38,719 nucleotides of DNA from Eledone cirrhosa (Eukaryota): positions 1 to 38,719 of the forward strand of contig CAXHJY010000148.1 of NCBI GenBank assembly GCA_964016885.1. The letters run 5' to 3'. The translations under genes and the position numbers were made by a program. The notes under the pieces were generated by a model. That model saw only the letters and a list, made by a program, of their open reading frames with translations. It was not told the origin of the DNA and made no database searches. Positions 1 to 12,073 of this stretch are shown piece after piece. How positions within the stretch are numbered: the stretch's first letter is position 1; every line of letters starts with the position of its first letter.

Positions 1-84
1 ATTGGCTTGAAAGAACGACAGCTATTTCTTTAACAATCTATGATAATTTGCCAATGTAGTCCTTTCTACAAATCTATGGAATTG

Positions 85-487
85 CTTTTTTCTCTTTCTC
101 TCTCCTTCTCAATTCTTCCTATCTCTCTCCCACTCTCTCTCTCTCTCTTTTTTTTCTTCACTCATACTCTCTTTCTTTCGCTGTCTCTGTCTTGTTCTTG
201 ACTTTATTGTAAATTCTGTCATTTCGTACATTAAACTTCTCTCTCTTTATCTCTCCTACAATCTTTCTCTCTCCCACACTCTTTGTAACTCTCTCCCTCT
301 CCCTCTCCCCCCTCCCCCTCTCTCTCCCCCTCCCCCCCTCTCCCCCCCTCCCCCCCCCTCCCCCTCTCTCTCTCGCTCTCTCTCACTCTCACTCTCACTC
401 TCTCGCTCTCATTCTCTTTATTCAGGGATGTATATGTGCAATCGTTCTATCATATATAGTATAGGTGCAATATATTCTCTCTCTCTC

Positions 488-525
<38 letters not shown>

Positions 526-660
526 CTCCTCCCCACTCTTTCTCTCTGTTTCTCTCTACCGCCTCCTCTCTCTCCCCCTCCCTCTCTCACTTTCTACCCA
601 ACTCTCTCTCTCTATCTCTCTCTCTCGCTTTCTACCCCACTCTCTCTCTCCCTGTTTTAT
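85..660. repeat. (CT)n / C-rich low-complexity region
   Basis: Long ctct and ccccctc runs; a short unique segment (ttctatcatatatagtatag...tgcaatatatt) occurs at about 444 and again at about 684. Confidence 0.9.
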
Positions 661-812
661 ATAGAGTTATGCATGTCTAACTGTTCTATCATATATAGTA
701 TAGCTGCAATATATTGGCTTGCTTGCTTATGCTTGGCACAAGACCAGACTTTTTTCTACTGTAAACTGTAGGCAGGAGTTTTTTCAGGTAAAAAATATAT
801 ACACGCTCATAG

Positions 813-849
<37 letters not shown>

Positions 850-1249
850 TTTAGTACAGCATAGACGAAGCTCTAGTATACGGCCAAGCTAGCGTGTATG
901 CTTATTCGGTTTGTAGCTTTAGCACTCATATGAGGTAAGACCCCAGAGTATAACATTATGTTCAGACAGCTTAGCAAATTAGATATAGCAGTCGGCAGTC
1001 CGACCGCATCACTAGAGCAACGAAAATACAGGACCCAGGTAAAGATTTTTTACTGACCTGGACATAACGCTGAGGCTGGGTGTAAAATATACAATCCACA
1101 TGGTGTTTCCACAATATTGATCGCAAAATCGCACGCAGCGACAGCGCTAAGTTTCTGCAAATCCATGATCGACAAATTCCTATTGCAGGAGTCTGCAATA
1201 TAATGGTTTTTGACGACAGAACATAGGATTTACTTCTTCAGCAAGTCTT

Positions 1250-1309
1250 TCGTTCTTAGCCAAAGAGGGTATATATATATATATATATACCCTCTTTGGC
1301 TAAGAACGA
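1250..1309. repeat. Perfect palindrome with a (TA)n centre, abutting the mariner left end
   Basis: tcgttcttagccaaagaggg-(ta)n-ccctctttggctaagaacga; the arms are exact reverse complements. Confidence 0.9.
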
Positions 1310-2211
1310 GGTGTGTCAGAAAGGTTCCAGGACTGATGTCACAAAAGATTTATTTCAAACCCAAACTTCACACTAAGAGTTTTCTCCTTCAAAGTAATCC
1401 CCCTGGAGTATGTAACCGTAATCTTAGCTCTCTGCAGAGATCAAACTTTTTTTCTTCATAATTTTATATACATGTCCTCTGTTTCAGGTCGTCAAACAAT
1501 GAACACAGAACAACGAACAAAGTTTCTGGTACGGTTGGGGAAAACTCCGTCAGAAGCACTGGGATTGCTGCAGCAAGTGTATGGAGATGAGACGATGTCA
1601 TGCTCACGTGTTTTTTGAGTGGTGCAAGAGGTTTAAAGAAGGACGTGAAAGATGACCCCAGGAGAGGAAAGTCCTCCACTACCAGGACTGAGGTCAACGT
1701 TGAGCGTGCCAGGCAGATGGTGCGTAGCGATCGTCGGCTGACTGTTAGACCGATGGCAAATGAGCTGGGCATGAATCGGGACAGCGTCTGGAAGATTCTC
1801 ACTGAAGAGTTGGACATGCGGAAAGTCTGCGCGAAGATGGTGCCAAAACTGCTGAATGGTGACCAGAAGGGTCGACGCATGCAAGTGTGCCAGGACATCC
1901 TCGAGCGTCTTGAAACCGAACCAGACTTGCTAGGGACAGTCATCACCGGTGATGACTCGTGGATCTTCGAGTACGACCCGGAGGGGACCCGTTTTGAAGA
2001 TGTGGACGACATCAAAAAGGCCGTGACGACGGAACTGCGTAGGATCCCGGAAGAATTCTTCCAGAAGTGCATGCAAGCGTGGAAGAAAAGGATGGGGAAG
2101 TGCATTAGACTCCAGGGGGATAATTTTGAAGGAGAAAACTCTTAGTGTGAAGTTTGGGTTTGAAATAAATCTTTTGTGACATCAGTCCTGGAACTTTTCT
2201 GACACACTTCG
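1307..2211 (+). mobile_element. Non-autonomous mariner (Tc1/mariner) element with about 103-bp inverted ends
   Basis: Inverted repeats 1307-1409 and 2109-2211 (cgaggtgtgtcagaaaggttcc... / ...ggaacttttctgacacacttcg), TA after the right end, internal transposase remnant. Confidence 0.93.
1499..2145 (+). pseudogene. Frameshifted, internally deleted mariner transposase
   Basis: KFLVRLGKTPSEALGLLQQVYGDETMS..FEWCKRFKEGR, DDPRRGK, KVCAKMVPKLL (WVPHEL-like), ITGDDSWIFEYDPE (first catalytic D), then a direct jump to GTRFEDVDDIK...KCIRLQGDNFE. The segment with the 2nd/3rd catalytic D and YSPDL is missing. Confidence 0.9.
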
Positions 2212-2322
2212 TATATATACATATATATGTATATATTGAATGTGTATAACATTTACACATACACATGAATATATGTATGTGTATATAAATATAACATATT
2301 TATATGCATATATGTATGTATG

Positions 2323-2361
<39 letters not shown>

Positions 2362-2738
2362 ATATATATGTATGTATGTATATATGTATGTATATATGTA
2401 TATATGTATGTATATATGTATATATGACCCCTTAGCCTTTGCCAAGGCAGAATTCTAGGAGAAGGAAAACTCTGATATAACACCTGCAACCCTGATGGTA
2501 TCCAATGATGTTGACTTGTTCTTCTTTTTGGTAAATATCATCTTGGTTAAGAGAGTGGGACTGGCTTTGTGCAGTGCCTTTGCTCACTATAAAAGCTTCA
2601 CGGCACAGGCATTGCTTTATATCAGAGTTTTCAAGTCGCTGGCTGGACTAAAAAGTCACACTCGTTTCAGCGCATCGGTAGGAGTTCTCCTACATGGATA
2701 TAAAGTAGTGGCCGTACTCGAAAACGAGTTGGCAGCCA

Positions 2739-2778
<40 letters not shown>

Positions 2779-2828
2779 GTACGTATATATATGTATATAT
2801 AATATATGTATATATATTTTTTAATTGA

Positions 2829-2867
<39 letters not shown>

Positions 2868-2893
2868 AATATGTATATGTACGTATATATATG

Positions 2894-2924
<31 letters not shown>

Positions 2925-3284
2925 TGATTAATATATATATATATATATAATATAATAAATAATATATTGCGTGTGTGTCTGTTTGTCAGTGTGGGTGATT
3001 AAGAATACAATAAAGAACTCCAGCACAAGTATGGCGCAGGTGCATATTTTTGAGAAAAGAAGCCGAAGCTTTTATTGTATCGTTCTGTAGATGTCAAAAC
3101 TGATTGACACCCGGAGATGTGGCTGTATCTTATAGCACTTGATGACTAAGACCCATTAGTTAGTCGTTGGTCTAGCTGATACTAGGGGAATAATAACCTC
3201 GTGATTTTTTAGATATTGATACAAACACCCCCCCCCCCCCCTCCCCATCACATATATATATATATATATATTTTTTTTCTATTA

Positions 3285-3715
<431 letters not shown>

Positions 3716-3926
3716 TTTTTTTTTTTTATTTTAAAATAACAGATTAAAGTTTAAGCAGAGAATCGCTGCTTTGACCCTTAACGAAAAAAAAATCAATCTG
3801 TGAACGCAGAAGAAAATATTTCGAAAAACGTACTAGGATTCTTATATATTTGATATATATTTATCCTTATCCAGCCCTCTTTGGATTTTAGTCTTCAAAT
3901 TTATTATTATTACTATATATATATAA

Positions 3927-4118
3927 GGGTGGTGGATTGGCAGTATCGGTAGAGGGTCGGACGCCATGCTTTGATGCATAGAGTTACAGCCCTTTCCAAT
4001 CTGAGTTCAAATCCCGCCGAGGTTAACTTTGCCTTTCATCCTTTCGGGGTCGATAAAATAAAGTACCAGTAATGCACTGGGTAATTTGCTGGCCTTGTGC
4101 CAAAAGTAGAAACAATTA
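3927..4118 (+). mobile_element. tRNA-derived SINE, family 1
   Basis: A-box-like tggcagtatcggtag, B-box gagttcaaatcc (4003-4014), core gcctttcatcctttcggggtcgataaaataaagtacc (resembles a Deu/Nin-type SINE core, from memory). Several more copies lie in the window. Confidence 0.85.
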
Positions 4119-4139
4119 CTATATATATATAAGGAAAAG

Positions 4140-4364
4140 AAATCGAAAATGCAACTGGAGTCTTTTAAAGAATATTTATTTGTTTCCTTTATCGGTTTCA
4201 CAGTTATTATGTTTTTCAAAAGTAGAATTGAGATGGAGGATTTGTGGTTTTCTCACGAGAAAAACCACAACCCCTCTATCTGAATTCTACGTTTGAAAAC
4301 CATAAGAACTGTGAAACCGGTGTAGTAGATCGCTTTTGCTTAGCCGCAGCCAAAGTTTCGATTT
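4140..4364. mobile_element. Diverged fold-back insertion between TA-rich tracts
   Basis: Imperfect inverted arms 4191-4254 and 4257-4321, outer aaatcgaaa/tttcgattt; GAAAC-CGGT-GTA on the right arm. Confidence 0.6.
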
Positions 4365-4376
4365 TACTAACTCGTA

Positions 4377-4427
<51 letters not shown>

Positions 4428-4529
4428 AGTGGGTGTAACTAGGAGTTACTGCAGGTTCACCCGGGAGAGCACTCCATGTTTAGGTTCACTTCTGTGATGA
4501 GGTGTAGAGCTATACAGAGTGTAATATAT

Positions 4530-4688
4530 AGAAAGGATAAAAAGGACGATTGATTATTCCTTCATTGCATTTATTGATAGATGACGCGCGTTTCGCCACT
4601 GATCAGCTCAAGGTTCGATCTATATCGATCCTACCCGACTCAATAATCCGCAGCTCGACGGACCCTCTTAAAATGCTTTTTTATCCTT

Positions 4689-4691
<3 letters not shown>
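4530..4691 (-). mobile_element. Short element with about 14-bp inverted ends and a partial hammerhead motif
   Basis: agaaaggataaaaa ... tttttatcctttct; the minus strand reads ggcGAAAC-GCGC-GTC-atctat (4577-4597). Confidence 0.45.
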
Positions 4692-4720
<29 letters not shown>

Positions 4721-5100
4721 CATACATACATGTGTGTGTGTATATCATAAATATAGATCAAAATAATATCATTTCAGTCAGATTTCACCATAAACAGGCT
4801 AAAATCTATATTTTACAGAGCTTCATTTATACAAATTATATTTAGGTACAATAAAATATAGGATATTAAAAACTTAGCATAGCAGGCAAAATAGACATTT
4901 AAAAAGAAACACAGTTTTACTTCCAAAACCATGCTTATACGGTGGTTTCAAAGAACCCAGGAAAAATACGATTAACATAATGAAAATTGTTAATTAGTAA
5001 ATTGAAACAATCAAAACACATCAGTAAGAGTTAGTCTTATAACATACTTCCAGCTTTTTAGAGAAAATTCAAATTATATATATATATATTTATATATATA

Positions 5101-5305
5101 TAGGAACGAGTAGGACCCCGACGGCTGACCTCAAGCCGTCTCGACGGCTAATTCTGGACTAAATTTAGTCCAGAATTAGCCGTCGAAACGGCTTGAGCTC
5201 AGCCGTCGGGGTCCTACTCGTTCCTATTACCCACTCTACTACCCTAAGTATTGAGTACTTTGGTGCGTTATGGTCCACCTGGTTCCTTACCACATTTCCT
5301 CCGTT
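5101..5305 (+). mobile_element. Fold-back insertion, family A (Penelope-like end)
   Basis: 63-bp arms 5101-5163 and 5164-5226 with no spacer, then a 79-bp unpaired tail ending cgtt-(at)n; TA tracts on both sides. Confidence 0.8.
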
Positions 5306-5353
5306 ATATATATATATGATAAGCTAGAAACATTTCTCTTATTAATAACATAC

Positions 5354-5520
5354 AAAATTTGGAAAATGGCCGCCTCGCTTAGGAAGGAGCCCCGTGAGGT
5401 GGAGTGGGTGTAGCTGGCCATTCTCTGTGGCAATACCTTCGCCACTTTGTCCACAATACTCTGCTGAGAGATGCCACTCAGACTGGAGTGTAGGGTCTGT
5501 CTCTCTCCCACCTTCCCACC
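5354..5520 (-). CDS. Candidate isolated coding exon, product unknown
   Basis: GC-richer island with ctctcag| acceptor and tt|gtatgt donor on the minus strand; open frame GGKVGERQTLHSSLSGISQQSIVDKVAKVLPQRMASYTHSTSRGSFLSEAAIFQI. No family recognised. Confidence 0.3.
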
Positions 5521-5536
5521 CTGAGAGATACCACTC

Positions 5537-5762
5537 AGGCTTATAGACTAATAGGCTAGTAGGCTGTTCTATATTTATTGATATGAAACCAACCAGGCTG
5601 ATAAGCAAATAGGTTAATAGGCTAGTAGGCTGTTCTATATTTATTGATATGAAACTAACCAGGCTAATAGGCTGATAGGCTAATAGGCTAGTAGGCTGTT
5701 CTATATTTATTGATATGAAACTAACCAGGCTAATAGACTAATAGGCTGTTCTATATTTATTC
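5537..5762. repeat. Short tandem array (about 60-70-bp unit, 3-4 copies)
   Basis: Repeated taggctgttctatatttattgatatgaaac(c/t)aaccaggct. Confidence 0.85.
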
Positions 5763-5786
5763 ATTTTCATCAAAATGTATAAACAT

Positions 5787-7270
5787 TAGAGAATCGGCTG
5801 AAAAGTTCATAGGATGACCAAGATACTCTCATGGAATGACCAAATGAGGTTTATTTTTCAACATAGTCCCTGGAAAGAAACAATGCTGTTATTAATAAGA
5901 AGACTGAAATTAATGCATGCACGATTTCACAGCTCTAGTATCACTCCTTTGAATGACCAAATGTGCTTTCTTTTTCAACAAAATCCCTGGAAAGAAACAA
6001 TACAATAAGAAGAGCTGAAATTAATGCATGCAATATTTCGCTACTTTATAGTCAGCCTATGACCAAGATACTCTCATGGAATGACAAAATGAGGTTAATT
6101 TTTCTACATAATCCCTGGAAAGAAACAATACAGTTATTAATAAGAAGAGCTGAAATTAATGCATGCAATATTTCACAACTTTAGCATCGCTACTTTATAG
6201 TCAGTCTATGACCAAGATACTCTCATGGAATGACAAAATGAGGTTAATTTTTCTACATAATCCCTGGAAAGAAACAATACAGTTATTAATAAGAAGAGCT
6301 GAAATTAATGCATGCAATATTTCACAGCTTTAGCATCACTACTTTATAGTCAGCCTATGACCAAGATACTCTCATGGAATGACAAAATGAGGTTAATTTT
6401 TCTACATAATCCCTGGAAAGAAACAATACAGTTATTAATAAGAAGAGCTGAAATTAATGCATGCAATATTTCACAACTTTAGCATCGCTACTTTATAGTC
6501 AGTCTATGACCAAGATACTCTCATGGAATGACAAAATGAGGTTAATTTTTCTACATAATCCCTGGAAAGAAACAATACAGTTATTAATAAGAAGAGCTGA
6601 AATTAATGCATGCAATATTTCACAACTTTAGCATCGCTACTTTATAGTCAGTCTATGACCAAGATACTCTAATGGAATGACAAAATGAGGTTAATTTGTC
6701 TACATAATCCCTGGAAAGAAACAATACAGTTATTAATAAGAAGAGCTGAAATTAATGCATGCAATATTTCACAACTTTAGCATCGCTACTTTATAGTCAG
6801 TCTATGACCAAGATACTCTCATGGAATGACAAAATGGGGTTAATTTTTCTACATAATCCCTGGAAAGAAACAATACAGTTATTAATAAGAAGAGCTGAAA
6901 TTAATGCATGCAATATTTCACAGCTTTAGCATCACTACTTTATAGTCAGCCTATGACCAAGATACTCTCATGGAATAACAAAATGAGGTTAATTTTTCTA
7001 CATAATCCCTGGAAAGAAACAATACAGTTATTAATAAGAAGAGCTGAAATTAATGCATGCAATATTTCACAGCTTTAGCATCACTACTTTATAGTCAGCC
7101 TATGACCAAGATACTCTCATGGAATGACAAAATGAGGTTAATTTTTCTACATAATCCCTGGAAAGAAACAATACAGTTATTAATAAGAAGAGCTGAAATT
7201 AATTTATGCAAGATTTCACAGCTCTAGCATCACTACTTTATAGTCAGTCTATGAAGTTTTCAGCCTCGTA
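5787..7270. mobile_element. Mariner-derived MITE containing a 149-bp tandem array (about 9-10 units)
   Basis: Left ggctgaaaagttcataggatgac and right gtcagtctatgaagttttcagcc-tcg-TA are inverted. atgaccaagatactctc recurs at 6059, 6208, 6357, 6506, 6655, 6804, 6953 and 7102. The first unit holds an inverted DYVEK-stop mariner C-terminus (ttatttttcaacatagtc). Confidence 0.8.
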
Positions 7271-7413
7271 TGATAGTGTTATATAGGAAGTACAAAAGCT
7301 AAAGGAATATATTTTACGTTTAATTAATCATGAAAATTATTCTACCGCGGGCCATAGGAAATTAGTTTGCAAGTCACGTGTTTATAATCCCAGAATTAAC
7401 TCATCCCCTTGCA

Positions 7414-7812
7414 TCGTCACCTCCTCCCATCGTCACCCGCTCCTCCCACCGTCACCCCTTCTCACCGCCACCCCCTCCTCCCACCCCTCCTCCCACCGTC
7501 ACCCCCTCTCACTGTCATCCCCTCCCACCGTCACCCCCTCTCACCGTCATCCCCTACCTCCGCCACCCCCCTCTCGCCGTTTCACCGTCATCCCCTACCA
7601 CCGCCACCCCCTCCCACCATCACAGACTCCCCTCCCACCGCCACCCCCCTCTCGCCGTCATCCCCTACCTCCGCCACCCCCTCTCGCCGTTTCACCGTCA
7701 TCCCTACCACCGCCACCCCCCTCTCGCCGTTTCACCGTCATCCCCTACCTCCGCCACCCCTCCCACCGTCATCCCCTACCACCGCCACCCCCCTCCCACC
7801 GCCACCCCCTCA
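7414..7812. repeat. C-rich degenerate minisatellite
   Basis: Recurrent ccgtcatcccctacc / ccgccaccccctctc motifs. Confidence 0.85.
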
Positions 7813-7914
7813 CATCCATGTAACACCCTTTAAACTTTACACCTGCAACATGGCTGTCACATTTTTATTTTAAATGAAAACATTTCATTTTCTGATTTTC
7901 TGATTCAACTAGTC

Positions 7915-8689
7915 GTCGTCTTCTTTGCCTTCTTCTTCTTCTTCTTCTTTGCCTTCTTCTTCTTCTTTTTCTTTGCCTTCTTCTTCTTCTTTTTCTTTGC
8001 CTTCTTCTTCTTCTTCTTCTTTGCCTTCTTCTTTGCCTTCTTCTTCTTCTTCTTCTTTGCCTTCTTCTTCTTCTTTTTCTTTGCCTTCTTCTTCTTCTTT
8101 TTCTTTGCCTTCTTCTTCTTCTTCTTTGCCTTCTTCTTTGCCTTCTTCTTTTTCTTTGTCTTCTTCTTCTTTGCCTTCTTCTTTGCCTTCTTCTTCTTTT
8201 TCTTTGCCTTCTTTGCCTTCTTCTTCTTCTTCTTCTTCTTCTTTGCCTTCTTCTTTGCCTTCTTCTTCTTCTTTGCCTTTCTCTTCTTCTTCTTCTTCTT
8301 CTTCTTTGCCTTCTTCTTCTTCTTCTCCTTCTTTGCCTTCTTCTTCTTCTTCTTCTTCTTCTTCTTCTTCTTCTTCTTCTTTGTCTTCTTCTTCTTCTTT
8401 GCCTTCTTCTTCTTCTTTGCCTTCTTCTTCTTCTTTGCCTTCTTCTTCTTCTCCTTTTCCTTCTTTGCCTTCTTCTTTGCCTTCTTCTTCTTCTTTGCCT
8501 TCTTCTTCTTCTTCTTCTTTGCCTTCTTCTTCTTCTTCTTCTTCTGTGCCTTCTTCTTTTTCTTCTTTTTCTTCTTCTTTTTCTTCTTCTTCTTTGCCTT
8601 CTTCTTTGCCTTCTTCTTCTTCTTCTTCTTTGCCTTCTTCTTTTTCTTCTTCTTCTTCTTTGCCTTCTTCTTCTTTGTCTTCTTCTTCA
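7915..8689. repeat. (CTT)n microsatellite with tttgcc interruptions
   Basis: Direct observation; lies at the 3' tail of a minus-strand SINE. Confidence 0.95.
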
Positions 8690-8694
8690 TTAAT

Positions 8695-9162
8695 ATAATT
8701 GTTTCTACATTTGGCACAAGGCCAGCAATTACTCAGTACATTACTGGTACTTTATATTATCGACCCCGTAAGGATGGAAGGCAAAGTTAACCTCGGCGGG
8801 ATTTCTCCATCAATACAATGTCTATACGATACTGGTACTATATTTTATCGACCCCATAATGATGAAACGCTAAGCTAACCTCGGTGGGATTCGAACTCAG
8901 AGCGCAAAGGGCCGCAACTCTGTGCTGCCAACCATGTTGTCCGACGCTCTACCGATTACTGCCAATCCACCACCCTAACTATAATAATTGTTTCTACTTG
9001 TGGCACAAGGCCAGCAATTACTCAGTACATTACTGGTACTTTATTTTATCGACCCCGTAAGGATGAAAGGCAAAGTTAACCTCGGCGGGATTTGAACTCA
9101 GATCGTAAAGGGACGTAACTATAGTGGAAAGCATGTCCGACCTTACTACCAAAACTGCCAAA
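8695..9162 (-). mobile_element. Three tandem partial or near-complete SINE family 1 copies
   Basis: Segments at about 8695-8803, 8830-8976 and 8985-9162 are reverse complements of 3927-4118 (ggtactttattttatcgacccc..ggatgaaaggcaaagttaacctcggcgggatttgaactc). Confidence 0.85.
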
Positions 9163-9389
9163 TAATAATGGCACACAGGTGTCAAATAAATTCATATACA
9201 TTACCCCCAGCACCCCACCATTACACCCCACCACCACCATCACACCCCACCACCACCATCACCCCACCACCAACATCACCCCCACCACCATTCCCACTAA
9301 ACTAAATTAAACTAAACTAAACGCCCAACTGAAATAATTCCAATTGTTTTTATTGGTGTTGTTTTAAAAGGACATCTGCACAGGGTATA

Positions 9390-9495
9390 TTTATGTTTAT
9401 ATATATATATATTTCTATTTCTAATACATGTATATATATTTATAGTATATATATATATACACGTCTATATGTTTATATATATGTGTATGTATGTG

Positions 9496-9530
<35 letters not shown>

Positions 9531-9818
9531 ATAAGTATGTGTGTGTGTGTGTGTATAAGTATGTATATATGTGTATGTGTATGTGTGTATATGTGTGTGT
9601 GTGTGTATAAGTATGTATATGTGTATGTGTATGTGTGTATATATATGTGTGTGTGTGTGTGTGTGTATAAGTATGTATGTATGTGTATGTGTATGTGTGT
9701 ATATGTGTGTGTGTGTGTGTGTCTATGTGTGTGTGTATATATATATATATAATATATATATGTGTGTGTGTGTGTCTATGTATGTATTTGTATATATATA
9801 TATATGTGTGTGTCTATG

Positions 9819-9855
<37 letters not shown>

Positions 9856-9856
9856 G

Positions 9857-9943
<87 letters not shown>

Positions 9944-10003
9944 ATATATGGGTGTGTGTATGTATCTATCTATCTATCTATCAATATATATATATATATA
10001 ATA
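9390..10003. repeat. Compound (TA)n/(TG)n microsatellite
   Basis: Direct observation. Confidence 0.95.
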
Positions 10004-10020
10004 TCCTCTCTCCATTACAG

Positions 10021-10085
10021 CGGGGTTCACCATAGCCTACCCTTATACTATTCTATCAATATATCCAACCTTGATGACTTTTCAA
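10021..10085 (+). CDS. Weak candidate micro-exon
   Basis: cctctctccattacag| acceptor, aa|gtaaga donor, 65 nt, open frame [21 protein letters not shown]; no homology recognised. Confidence 0.15.
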
Positions 10086-10273
10086 GTAAGAAAAATATTA
10101 AACCAACAAACATTTGCAGTATTTAACTATGAGACTGCACAGGAAATAAACCTTTTATCAGCTGCAGAGACTCAGCGAATGTTTTTAAACTAAACTGTTT
10201 GGATGTCTAGATGGAAGAACGTGTCATTTCCTTGCAATAATTACTGCCAATAGCATCAATTGAACAATGCCTA

Positions 10274-10345
<72 letters not shown>

Positions 10346-10441
10346 GTCCATATACATACCTATATATGTATGTACATATATAAATACATATATATATATA
10401 TATGTGTGTGTGTGTATACTCACAAACCTATGTGTGTAAGC

Positions 10442-10481
<40 letters not shown>

Positions 10482-10537
10482 TCATATATATATATTTGTG
10501 TAAGGTTGTATATATATATATGTATATATATAGAAGC

Positions 10538-10576
<39 letters not shown>

Positions 10577-10839
10577 TAACTATAAATTAGATTTAGGAAG
10601 GAAAAGATATTTAAACCAAATCGTCTTGTCTCTGACACAATTGACTAGATCTATAAGATTCCCTATAAGCTGATGGGATATAGGCTTACCTGGAGGTCCG
10701 ACGTATAAGTTATCGATATGTTGGAAATATAGTCTATCTATAGGCTGGAAAAATAAGATTATTTAAAGGCTGAAGGGATATAGGTTTACCTATAAGTTGG
10801 AGAGATAGCTTATCTATAGGCTGGGGATATAAGTTATGA

Positions 10840-11555
10840 ATGAGACGTTATAACGTAGATTCTTCATATACGAGATGTTATAACATAGATACTTTATAAA
10901 CGAGAAGTCATAACGTACATACTTTATAATCAAGAAGTGTTAAGGTTGGCACTTTATAACGTAGATGATTTAAACATGAGAATTTATAACGTAGATGATT
11001 TAAACATGAGAATTTATACGGTAGATACGATAAGTTATCACGTAGATATTTCACAAACGATACTTTATAAGTGAAAAGTTATAACGTACATATTTTATAT
11101 ACGTTATAACATAGGTACTTTATAGACGAGATTTTATAAAGTAGATACATTATAAACGAGGTGTTATAAAGTAGATACTTTATTCATGGGAAGTTATAGG
11201 TCCTTTAAAAACAAAATGATATAACGAAGATACTTTATAAAGGAGAATCTATAACGTAGATACTTTATAAACGAGATGTTATAACGTAGATCCTTTATAA
11301 AGGAAAGGTTATAACCTAGATACTTTATAAACGAGATGTTATAACGTAGGTACTTTATAAACGAGATGTTATAACATAGATACTTTATAAACGAGATGTT
11401 ATAACGTAAATACTTTATAAACGAGATGTTATAACGTTGGTACTTTATAAACAAGATCTTCTAACATAGGTACTTTATAAACCAGATGTTATAACGTAGG
11501 TACTTTATAAACGAGATCTCATAACGTAGATACTTTATAAATGAGATCTTATAAT
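10840..11555. repeat. 30-bp minisatellite
   Basis: Unit ttataacgtagatactttataaacgagatg, more degenerate toward the left. Confidence 0.9.
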
Positions 11556-11619
11556 GTAAATAAATATAATTTAATGTTAAAATGAATATCACTGGAAACA
11601 TGTAAACATTGGAGTATAA

Positions 11620-12006
11620 TAGTGTGAGTGTGCTGTATGTCTGAGTGTGAGTATTGAGTATGAGTGAATCTTGTTTGAGTGTAGTGCATGTATGAGTGTA
11701 GTGTATGTCTGAGTGTTGGGTGTATATGAGTGTAGTGTATGAGTGAATCTTGTGTGATTATGAGTGTAATGTATGTATGAGTGTAATGTATGTATGAGTG
11801 TAACGTTTGAGTGTAGTGTACGTGTGACCTTGTGTGAGTGTAGTGTATGTATGAATGTAGCATCTGAATGTAGTGTATGGATGAATCTTGAGCGAGTGTA
11901 AGTTTTCTGTACGTCAAAGTGTAGTGAGTATGAGTGTAGCATCTGAGTGTAGTGTATGTATGAATAATGAGTGAGTGTAAGTATTCTGTACATCTGAGTG
12001 TAGTGT
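11620..12006. repeat. Degenerate gagtgtagtgtat repeat
   Basis: Direct observation. Confidence 0.8.
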
Positions 12007-12073
12007 AAACATCCATCTGTTGTCGTAATAAGGGTGTCAAAAGAAAATGAATTAGTTTGACTTATTATTTTGG

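Noticed and set aside
855-934. Possible exon ending ag|gtaaga with an open frame IDEALVYGQASVYAYSVCSFSTHM
   Set aside because: Poor acceptor directly after (TA)n and no recognisable homology.
2427-2740. Unique-looking segment with ctaggagaaggaaaactctga and a 109-aa ORF
   Set aside because: Probably a retroposon fragment, but it is single-copy here and I cannot assign it; the ORF runs into microsatellite.
7905-8717. Poly-Lys/Ala ORF resembling a histone H1 or protamine-like protein
   Set aside because: It is the (GAA)n microsatellite tail of a minus-strand SINE, the start codon lies in SINE sequence, and there is no globular domain.
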